A stretch of DNA of 26,458 nt from a virus (Duplodnaviria > Caudoviricetes). Where the stretch lies: positions 1-26,458 of the IMG/VR virus record IMGVR_UViG_3300037311_000102, one strand, 5' to 3'. Below are positions 1 to 6,859 of the stretch, one piece after another. The notes beneath the pieces are model-generated. The model saw only the letters and a program-made list of their open reading frames with translations. It searched no databases and was not told the DNA's origin. Within the stretch, counting starts at the first letter, position 1. Each line of letters opens with the position of its first letter. The translations under genes and the position numbers were made by a program.

Positions 1-2
1 AG

Positions 3-632
3 CGCCGACCGATCCCCTACCTGCCCGAGGAACTCGCCTGGATCGAGGCGCGCCGCGACTGGCCGCGCCCACAGCTGCACAGAGCCTTCGTTTTCATGTT
101 CGACCGGCCCGACGTGACGCTGAGCAATCTGGCCGCGCTATGCAAGCGACGAGGTTGGCTGACGGGCCGCACAGGCCGGATCGAGAAGGGCAGCACCCCG
201 CCGAACAAGGGCAAGAAGATGCCCTTCAACGCGGCGAGAGCGCGGACGCAGTTCAAGAAGGGCCAACGCCCGCCGAACAAGTACGAGGTCGGGCACGAGT
301 CCATCGACCGCGATGGCTACGTGAAGATCTGCGTGGCCGAACCGAACCCCTGGACCGGCGCGTCGACTCACATGGCCTTCAAGCACCGCTGGCTTTGGGA
401 AAAGGCGAATGGCCCGGTGCCGGACGGCATGCGGCTCAAGTGCCTCGACGGCGACAAGACGAACTGCGACCCGTCGAATTGGGAAGCGGTCCCGATGGGG
501 CTATTGCCTCGCCTGAATGGCAAGGGCGGCCGACGGTACGACGCGGCCCCACCCGAGCTGAAGCCGGTCATCATGGCGGTCGCCAAGCTGGAACAGGCGG
601 CGTCCGAGCGGCGGAAGGGGGCGCGGGGATGA
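3..632 (+). CDS. HNH endonuclease-like protein (5'-partial)
   Basis: Frame is open from base 3 (RRPIPYLPEELAWIE...). Motifs FKKG..P.N, DRDGYVKI and HRWLWEKANGPVP..LDGDKTN..SNW are typical of phage HNH_3 proteins. Confidence 0.8.
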   Translation, partial: RRPIPYLPEELAWIEARRDWPRPQLHRAFVFMFDRPDVTLSNLAALCKRRGWLTGRTGRIEKGSTPPNKGKKMPFNAARARTQFKKGQRPPNKYEVGHESIDRDGYVKICVAEPNPWTGASTHMAFKHRWLWEKANGPVPDGMRLKCLDGDKTNCDPSNWEAVPMGLLPRLNGKGGRRYDAAPPELKPVIMAVAKLEQAASERRKGARG

Positions 633-687
633 GGTTCTTGGCTGCGCCCGGCAAAGATGTTCAACTCCCCATGGCGGGAGGATTGGC

Positions 688-999
688 ATGGACCATCGCG
701 AGTACGCGGAGCATCGGTACTTGCAGCTGCATGAGGCTCGTTTCCGCTACTGGGTATGGCGAAGCGGGGACGGTTTCAGCTGCCCGAACTCTCACCTCGC
801 GCTTGACGGGATCGCGCTTCCGCCGGAGCACCCGTTCTGGCTGCACTGGCGCCTGCCAATCCATCCCGACTGCGGTTGCTACATCGTGGGTACGCATTCC
901 GAGGCTGGCGTCCGGCGCCTTGGCGGCGATGTCGCGCGGGAACTTCCCACCTGGTGGAAAAACTTGTCGCCGACCGACGGAATGCCCGCGATCGACTAG
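688..999 (+). CDS. Stand-alone mini MuF/gpF core-domain protein (103 aa)
   Basis: GGAGGA SD before the ATG. By hand, 38/72 ungapped identities to the core of gpF at 10349-11509 (HL..DG.ALPP.HPFWL....P....C.CY.VG..SEAG.RR.GGD). Confidence 0.85.
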   Translation: MDHREYAEHRYLQLHEARFRYWVWRSGDGFSCPNSHLALDGIALPPEHPFWLHWRLPIHPDCGCYIVGTHSEAGVRRLGGDVARELPTWWKNLSPTDGMPAID

Positions 1000-1014
1000 T
1001 GCAGGCGGCGCGTC

Positions 1015-1470
1015 ATGACCGCCGCGCTGATCCGCCTAGTCCATGTCGGCGCGCGCGAGCTTGGGCTCGACGACGACACGCGGCGCGAGCTGCAGGTGGC
1101 AACGACGGGCAAGGCCAGCCTGACCGCGATGAACGCGCCGGAGCTGCGCCGCGTGATCGACGCGCTGAAGGCGCGCGGCTTCAAGGTCAATGCGCCGCGC
1201 GGGTCGGGGCGCCCGGCCGCGCAGCGCGCCGATATCCGTTATGCCCATGTGCTCTGGCGGCTCTTGCACGAGGCGGGGGCGGTCAGGGTGGCGGGCCCGA
1301 CCGGCCTGAACGCCTTCATCCGCGCGCGGTTCGAGAAGTCGTGGGGGGCGGTTCCGATCGACATCGATGCGATGCGCGAATGGTCGGAGATCCGCGACGT
1401 GATCGACGCGCTGCACGCGATGTGCGGGCGCGCGGGGATCAAGATCGAGGACAAGGGAGGGCGGGGGTGA
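1015..1470 (+). CDS. gemA: Mu gp16/GemA family protein (DUF1018)
   Basis: IRLVHVGARELGLDDDTRR..TTGKASL..M...EL..V...LK..GF N-terminus, LNAF and VIDAL..M C-terminus, and Mu-like position. Confidence 0.9.
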   Translation: MTAALIRLVHVGARELGLDDDTRRELQVATTGKASLTAMNAPELRRVIDALKARGFKVNAPRGSGRPAAQRADIRYAHVLWRLLHEAGAVRVAGPTGLNAFIRARFEKSWGAVPIDIDAMREWSEIRDVIDALHAMCGRAGIKIEDKGGRG

Positions 1471-1727
1471 AGAAGCCGCGCACCCATGTGACCGACCATG
1501 CGCTCCTCCGCTATCTGGAGCGGGTGCTGCGCGTCGATATCGAGGGGCACCGGCACGACCTTGGCCGGATCGTCGACCAGGCGGTCGCGGCGGGCGCAGG
1601 CGCGGTCACCGTCCACGGCACCCGGTATGTCCTGAACGGGCCGAGCATCGTCACGCTGCACCATGTGAAGGAGGTGCGGCCACGGCGGCCGAAGCGCCGC
1701 CTGGACGAGGAAGGGCGCGACGAATGA
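1467..1727 (+). CDS. Conserved phage hypothetical protein (VTDHALLRYLERV motif)
   Basis: GTGA overlap with the gemA stop, GGGAGG SD, and ATGA overlap with the next gene. Confidence 0.75.
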   Translation: MKKPRTHVTDHALLRYLERVLRVDIEGHRHDLGRIVDQAVAAGAGAVTVHGTRYVLNGPSIVTLHHVKEVRPRRPKRRLDEEGRDE

Positions 1728-2404
1728 CCGGCGTGCCCCGCAACTGCGCGGCCCCGGGCTGCGACCTGCCGCTGCACCCGGCGATCACGAGCGACCGGTG
1801 CCAGCTGCACCGCGGGCGGGCGGACGCGCCCCCGACGGCAGCCGCGTGGCCCTTCGCAGGCCTGCGCGAGGGCAGCTATGGCGCGATCCTGGCCGACCCG
1901 CCCTGGTCCTATGCGATGCGGTCGGACAAGGGCTACGACAAGAGCCCCGAGATGCACTACACGACCATGCCCGAGGCTGCGATCGCGGCCTTGCCGGTCG
2001 CGCGGCTGGCGGCGCGGGACTGTGTCCTGTGGCTCTGGTCGACGTGGCCGCACCTCGAGCAGGCGCTGCGCGTGATGGCCGCCTGGGGTTTCATGTACCG
2101 GACCGGCGGGGCCTGGGCGAAGCGGGCGGCGGGGGGCGGTCTGACGATCGGCACCGGGTTCATCCTGCGATCGGCGAGCGAACCCTTCCTGATCGGGACA
2201 CGGGGGGCACCGTCTTGGGGGTCGAAGCGGACGCGCAACGTGATTGAGAGCGAGCTGCCCTTCGCGCAGTTGGCGATCGACGCGCGGCGTCGGCAGCACA
2301 GCCGGAAGCCCGCCGAGGCGCGCGACATGCTGCAGGCGATGGTGCCGGGCGTCAGGTGCGCGGAGCTGTTCGGCCGCGAGGCCTGGCCTTTGACGGTCGT
2401 CTGA
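1724..2404 (+). CDS. MT-A70 family adenine methyltransferase (C-terminus possibly truncated)
   Basis: ILADPPW, HYTTM, LWLW, AWGF.Y, G.G...R..SE..LIG.RG, HSRKP and ELFGR motifs. Confidence 0.92.
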   Translation: MTGVPRNCAAPGCDLPLHPAITSDRCQLHRGRADAPPTAAAWPFAGLREGSYGAILADPPWSYAMRSDKGYDKSPEMHYTTMPEAAIAALPVARLAARDCVLWLWSTWPHLEQALRVMAAWGFMYRTGGAWAKRAAGGGLTIGTGFILRSASEPFLIGTRGAPSWGSKRTRNVIESELPFAQLAIDARRRQHSRKPAEARDMLQAMVPGVRCAELFGREAWPLTVV

Positions 2405-2425
2405 CCGGTATCGGGGAGGCCACCG

Positions 2426-2851
2426 GTGACTGACGCTGCGCCCCCGCCCCCCGCGCACCTGCAGCGCTATGTAGAGGTGCTTGGAGTCGACGGGGCGATC
2501 GACCTTCTGCTGACCTTTGGCGGGGCGGAGGTGTACTGGGCAGAGGACCCGGCCGGGGGGTCGGCGATCGCGCAACGTTACGGGATCGAGGCCGCGCGCA
2601 AGTTGAGCCGGGCCGCGGGCGGGATGAAGCAGAAACTGCCGGTAGGCAAACCATGGATTGCCCGCGTATGGTCTGCGCGGGGAATCCCCGTCGCCGAAAT
2701 CGCGCGGCGCCTTCATTCCACCGACACCTCGGTGCGGGCGTGGCTCGCCCAGGGTGTGGATGGCAGACGTGGAGCGCAGGCGGCGGACCCGAGACAGCTC
2801 CATTTCTTCGACGCCGTCGAGCCGGGCATCCGCAAGCGCTTGAGGATGTAG
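2426..2851 (+). CDS. Mor/C-like late transcription activator (HTH)
   Basis: VLG..GAIDLLLTFGGAEVY N-terminus, C-terminal HTH (GIPVAEIARRLHSTDTSVRAWL), and position immediately before the lysis genes as for Mu C. Confidence 0.8.
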   Translation: MTDAAPPPPAHLQRYVEVLGVDGAIDLLLTFGGAEVYWAEDPAGGSAIAQRYGIEAARKLSRAAGGMKQKLPVGKPWIARVWSARGIPVAEIARRLHSTDTSVRAWLAQGVDGRRGAQAADPRQLHFFDAVEPGIRKRLRM

Positions 2852-2875
2852 CGCGCGGGTGCGTTGAGCGAGTCT
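2826..2875 (+). promoter_or_regulatory. Putative late promoter for lysis/packaging operon: near-palindromic activator site plus -10-like hexamer
   Basis: GCATCCGCAAGCGCTTGAGGATGTA (2826-2850) is identical to 12178-12202. GAGTCT lies at 2870-2875. Confidence 0.7.
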
Positions 2876-2918
2876 TCCGGAAAGCGGGCCCGAGGGTCCG
2901 CCGCCCCCGGAGACCCAC

Positions 2919-3839
2919 ATGGCCACCCCGCAGAGCACGAGCCCGATGGGCCTTGGCTTTCTTGAGCGACACGAAGGCGTGGTGCTGCGCGCCTATCGGT
3001 GTCCTGCGGGCATCTGGACGATCGGCGCGGGGCTGACCAGGGCATCCGGCGTGATCGATCCGAAACCCGGCATGGTCATCACGGCGGCGCAGGCGCAGCG
3101 TGCGCTGCAGGTTGCGCTGAGCCGCAACTATGAACCCGCGGTCCAGGCGGCGATGCCGGGCGCGAACCAGCACGAGTTCGACGGGGGCGTCAGCTTCCAC
3201 TTCAACACCGGCGCGATCGGCCGCGCGGGCTGGGTCAATGAATGGCGCAGCCCCCGGCGGTGGGAGGTCATCGCGCGGCGGCTTGCCGAATGGCGGAAGG
3301 GCGGGGGCAAAGTCCTGCCCGGGCTGGTCGCCCGTCGGGCGGCCGAACTGCGGCTCATGCAGAGCGGGGTCTATGGTGCGGCTCCGGCGCAGCCCCAGAC
3401 CCGCGGCACGCGGCACGCGATCATCCTGTTCGAGCTGCCGCCAGAGCAGATCGCCGAGATCCGGAAGGCGCTCAAGTCCCTGGGCCACGATCCCGGTCCG
3501 GACCCGCTGGAGATTTCGATGGAGGCGGTGCGGGCGTTCCAGAAGGCGCACGGACTGACGGTCGATGGAATCCTCGGGCGTGCCACCCTGTCGACGCTTC
3601 AGCGTCGGCTGGATGCGCCGCACAGGGCCGTCGCCCCGGCCGCTACGGGGGCGGTCGGGGCGACAACCGAGGTCGCGGCGGACCCGCTGACGCAGGGGCT
3701 GCCCGACTGGGCGGGCGTCATCGTCATCGCAGTCGGGGCGATCTGGCTGGCCAAGGTGGCCTGGGATTACCGCGACGCGGTCGCGGCGAAGATCGACCGG
3801 AAACTGCCGCGGATCGCGGCCTGGCTGAGGAGCGTCTGA
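2919..3839 (+). CDS. Endolysin, GH24 lysozyme with peptidoglycan-binding domain and C-terminal hydrophobic segment
   Basis: E-X8-C-X5-T triad (HEGVVLRAYRCPAGIWTIG), FNTG, GL..RR..E, and AVRAFQKAHGLTVDGILGRAT (PG_binding_1). Confidence 0.93.
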   Translation: MATPQSTSPMGLGFLERHEGVVLRAYRCPAGIWTIGAGLTRASGVIDPKPGMVITAAQAQRALQVALSRNYEPAVQAAMPGANQHEFDGGVSFHFNTGAIGRAGWVNEWRSPRRWEVIARRLAEWRKGGGKVLPGLVARRAAELRLMQSGVYGAAPAQPQTRGTRHAIILFELPPEQIAEIRKALKSLGHDPGPDPLEISMEAVRAFQKAHGLTVDGILGRATLSTLQRRLDAPHRAVAPAATGAVGATTEVAADPLTQGLPDWAGVIVIAVGAIWLAKVAWDYRDAVAAKIDRKLPRIAAWLRSV

Positions 3840-3841
3840 AC

Positions 3842-4189
3842 ATGGTCCGTGTCCTGAAGTGGGTGGGCGTTTTCATCCTTGCTGCCGTTGCGATGATGCT
3901 TGCGATGATCGCGTCGGTGGCCGTGATGGCCGGGGCGGCGACCGCCCAGGGGATGCCTTGCGGAGAAGCCGAGACGGTCCTGTCGTCGCTCGGTCGGGAC
4001 TACGATGAGGTCGCCTTCCTCGAGCTGACCGCCGCCCGGGGCCAGCCCGTCATCCTGATGGCCGAGCCGGGGGGGGGCACCTGGACGATCGTTGTCCTCG
4101 ACGGCACGCAGGCTTGCCTGGTCGCGTCGGGCGAGTCCTGGCGATCAGCCGCCCCTGCATCCCCGACGCCCGAAGGGGAGCTTAACTGA
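3842..4189 (+). CDS. Predicted exported/membrane-anchored protein with two Cys
   Basis: Long hydrophobic N-terminus ending AATA-Q, then PC...GTWTI...ACLVASG. TGATG-coupled to the next gene. Confidence 0.7.
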   Translation: MVRVLKWVGVFILAAVAMMLAMIASVAVMAGAATAQGMPCGEAETVLSSLGRDYDEVAFLELTAARGQPVILMAEPGGGTWTIVVLDGTQACLVASGESWRSAAPASPTPEGELN

Positions 4190-4440
4190 TGGACATGACG
4201 AAAGGCCAGTACCGTGTCGGCGTGGGCTTCAACCCCTCGGGAAGCGACATCGTCGCCCGGATCAAGACGGCCGCGGCCGCGCTGATCGACCTGATCGACG
4301 AAATTCCGCCGGAGGCCGGTCCCCTGACGACCGGCATCGCGAATGCCGAGCGCGCCCGCCTTCGGGCGCTCGCGCAGACCGCCGTCGAAGAGGCCGCAAT
4401 GTGGGCGGTGAAGGCGGCGACAAAGGGGAACCCCGAATGA
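4189..4440 (+). CDS. Acb2/Tad1-like helical-hairpin protein (candidate nucleotide-signal sponge)
   Basis: 83 aa with RVG..FNPS...V..IK..AA.LIDLI and R..ALAQT..EEAAMWAVKAAT, a pattern I associate with Acb2/Tad1 hairpin proteins. Confidence 0.6.
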   Translation: MDMTKGQYRVGVGFNPSGSDIVARIKTAAAALIDLIDEIPPEAGPLTTGIANAERARLRALAQTAVEEAAMWAVKAATKGNPE

Positions 4441-4946
4441 GTGCGCTGATCGCCCTTGCGACGTCGGTCGGCGCACCGCTGGTCGAGAAAATCCTGTCCC
4501 GCAAGATCGGGTCGGACAACGCGCGGTTGGCGACCGAGGTGGTCGGCGCGATCGCGAAGCGCGCCGGTGTGGCCCCCGAGGCGCTGGAAGAAGAAGCGGC
4601 GCGTGATCCCGACAAGGTCGGCATCGCTATCCAGGACGTGAACGCGGACGTCGCGCCGGAGCTGCTTGAGCTCCTGGATGCCGAGTTGCAGTCCAAGACT
4701 GCACTTCTGACGGCGGAGACAGGCGAGGCGGCCTGGATCAGCGCGTGGCGGCCGATCGGCATGTACTTCACGATGTTCCTCTGGCTCTGGAACGCGATGC
4801 TGCTGCACGTCGCGAACGCGATCTGGAAGATCGCGCTGCCGCCGATGGAGTGGCCGGTCCTGATGAGCTGGTCGGCGCTGTACCTCTCGCTCTACATGGG
4901 CGGCCACACCGTGAAGTCGGTCGTGGGCGACTGGCTCAAGCGATGA
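4437..4946 (+). CDS. Holin (3TM/GTA-holin-like)
   Basis: ATGA overlap, W...WRP..MY followed by two TM segments, YMGGHTVK terminus, and location in the lysis cassette. Confidence 0.8.
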   Translation: MSALIALATSVGAPLVEKILSRKIGSDNARLATEVVGAIAKRAGVAPEALEEEAARDPDKVGIAIQDVNADVAPELLELLDAELQSKTALLTAETGEAAWISAWRPIGMYFTMFLWLWNAMLLHVANAIWKIALPPMEWPVLMSWSALYLSLYMGGHTVKSVVGDWLKR

Positions 4947-5305
4947 CCGAAACACTGGACCTTGGTCCGATCATCGCCTGGGTGGCGGCGCTGTCGCTGA
5001 TCCTGTCCTTCGGCACAGCCGTTTGGACCCTCGTGTCGCAAGGGCCAAAGCGCACAGCCGAACGGGTGTCTGCCTTGGGCGACCGGCTTGACCGGCACGA
5101 CCAGCGCATCCAGCGCGTCGAGCAGACCGTGAACGAACTTCCGACACGGGGCGACATGCACGCGCTGCAGATCGAGATCGTCCGGATGAGCGGCAAGGTC
5201 GACCAGATGGGCACGGCGATGGCCGGGAACAACAAGATCATGGAGCGGCTCGAGGTGATCGTCGGGCGCCACGAAGACCACCTACTTGACGGAGCCCGGA
5301 AGTGA
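4943..5305 (+). CDS. DUF2730 / Mu gp25-like protein
   Basis: N-terminal TM helix, coiled coil, RIQRVE....LPT..D.H.L motif, and synteny. Confidence 0.8.
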   Translation: MTETLDLGPIIAWVAALSLILSFGTAVWTLVSQGPKRTAERVSALGDRLDRHDQRIQRVEQTVNELPTRGDMHALQIEIVRMSGKVDQMGTAMAGNNKIMERLEVIVGRHEDHLLDGARK

Positions 5306-5598
5306 GCAACTACGCCGAAACCCTGAGCAAGCACCGCCGCCTGGCGATCCTGCGGCACCTTGCTGAATCGTCTGACTACACGTCGAACGTGTCGATCCTG
5401 AGCAAGGTGCTGCAGGGCGTGGGCGTGTCGTCGACCCGCGACCAGGTGATCACCGAGATCGGCTGGCTGGTCGAGCAGGGCTTTGCCACGCAGGCGGAAG
5501 AGAACGGCCTGATCGTGGCGACGGTGACGGTCCGCGGCGTCGAGATCGCGTCCGGGACGGCAAACCACCCCGGCGTCCAGCGCCCGTCCGCGAGGTGA
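5302..5598 (+). CDS. Mu gp26-like winged-helix protein
   Basis: RRLAILRHL.E...Y.SN.SIL, TRDQV...I.WL.EQG and RG.EIA.G...HPGVQRP motifs, plus synteny. Confidence 0.85.
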   Translation: MSNYAETLSKHRRLAILRHLAESSDYTSNVSILSKVLQGVGVSSTRDQVITEIGWLVEQGFATQAEENGLIVATVTVRGVEIASGTANHPGVQRPSAR

Positions 5599-5599
5599 C

Positions 5600-6172
5600 A
5601 TGCCCGCGCCCCGCGTCATCGACCAGTTGCCGCAGGACCTGCTTGACTGGCTGCACGACGAACTGCGCGCGCGCGGGTTCGCGGACTACTATGGGCTGGC
5701 CAAGGAGCTGAACAAAAGGCTGGCGGACGAAGGGATCGACCTGGTCGTCCGAAAGAGCGCGCTGGCCGAGTATGGGCGGCCGCTGAAGGAAGCCTGGCGC
5801 GAGGAGCAGCACAAGCGGTTCATCGCGCGCCAGGTCGTCAGCACCGAGACGGCGGCCGAGATTGTCGCGGCCATCACGCCCCAGGACGAGCTGACGCGGC
5901 ACAAGGCGCGCCACCACCGGATCGAGGCGATGATCTTCGAGGCGCTCGAGACGCCGGAGGGCGCGCCGCCGCTCAGCCCGAAGGAGATGGTCGCGGTGTC
6001 GCGGGCCAGCCTGAACATGCTGAAGTCGTCCGAGATGCAGGCGGCGTTCCGGCAAGCGATCGCGGCCGAGCAGGCCGAGAAGCTCGACGCGGCGCAGAAG
6101 AGCGGCAAGGTCAAGGGCCTGACGGCCGAGACCGTCGAGGAGATCAAGCGCAAAATCCTCGGGGTCGAGTGA
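5600..6172 (+). CDS. Terminase small subunit, Mu gp27-like (DUF3486)
   Basis: IDQLP....WL...L...GF.DY..L N-terminus, KSAL..YG, and GLTAETVEEIKRKILG C-terminus. Confidence 0.85.
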   Translation: MPAPRVIDQLPQDLLDWLHDELRARGFADYYGLAKELNKRLADEGIDLVVRKSALAEYGRPLKEAWREEQHKRFIARQVVSTETAAEIVAAITPQDELTRHKARHHRIEAMIFEALETPEGAPPLSPKEMVAVSRASLNMLKSSEMQAAFRQAIAAEQAEKLDAAQKSGKVKGLTAETVEEIKRKILGVE

Positions 6173-6570
6173 TGGGTGTGCTGGGCCGGAAGCTGCGCGG
6201 ACTGGAGGGCGGGCGCGTGGCCTTTTTCTGCCCGGGTTGCGACACCTACCATCAGGTCACGATCGAGGCCGATCCCGAGCGTGCGGGGCCGATCTGGGGC
6301 TGGAACCGCGATGCCGACGCGCCGACCTTCTGGCCGTCGATCCTGGTCGCGGGTGTGCAACTCGACATCCCCGACCACGAGCTCGACCGCATCCTGTCGG
6401 AATTCACGCTGCCGGAAGAGCGCGAGATGAAGCTCGCGATGAGCCGGATCAACACGGTCTGCCACAGCTTCGTGCGGCAGGGCCGGATCGAGTACCTGAC
6501 CGACTGCACCCATGCCCTGGCGGGGCAAGAAGTCAATCTGCCGGACGTCGAGGTGCATGATGACCTCTGA
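6169..6570 (+). CDS. Cys/His-rich protein, DUF6527-like
   Basis: FFCPGC...H, W.WN.D...PTF.PSILV and CHSFV..GRIEYL.DCTHALAG motifs. Confidence 0.7.
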   Translation: MMGVLGRKLRGLEGGRVAFFCPGCDTYHQVTIEADPERAGPIWGWNRDADAPTFWPSILVAGVQLDIPDHELDRILSEFTLPEEREMKLAMSRINTVCHSFVRQGRIEYLTDCTHALAGQEVNLPDVEVHDDL

Positions 6571-6859
6571 AGCCGAAGCGAGGTGGATCGAAGACGAAAC
6601 GGAGGACGGCCGCATCCTCTGGTCCCGGACAGCCGGGCGCTACCGGTTTTATGTGGTCGACGTCGAGGGCGTGGGCATCTTGCCCTGCCTGATCTACGGC
6701 CGCTCGACCCGCTTCCTGAGCGAGCGGACGTTCTACGCTTTTCCAGAGGCCGCGGCCTTTGCAGAGCGGTGGGCGGAGGCGATGCTGCGGCTGCCCGCCC
6801 AAGAGCGCCACCGCGCCTGCCTGTCGCCCGCACGCCTAACGCCGGTGACATGCCAATGA
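6557..6859 (+). CDS. Hypothetical protein
   Basis: GAGGT SD before ATG 6557. Fills the gap between neighbours and has an ATGA overlap with the terL start. Confidence 0.6.
   Translation: MMTSEAEARWIEDETEDGRILWSRTAGRYRFYVVDVEGVGILPCLIYGRSTRFLSERTFYAFPEAAAFAERWAEAMLRLPAQERHRACLSPARLTPVTCQ

Noticed and set aside
999-1010. GTGCAGGCG after the mini-MuF stop is the reverse complement of 11607-11615, and CAGGCGGCG matches 11515-11523 of the post-gpF element
   Set aside because: Only 9-nt GC-rich matches with none of the rest of the structure, so they cannot be distinguished from chance.
6583-6855. N-terminal extension of terL given in the ORF track (similarly 876, 3242, 4092, 4745, 10328, 11576, 20070, 21170, 24299 starts)
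   Set aside because: These extensions overlap upstream genes. Downstream starts with an SD or stop/start overlap fit better.
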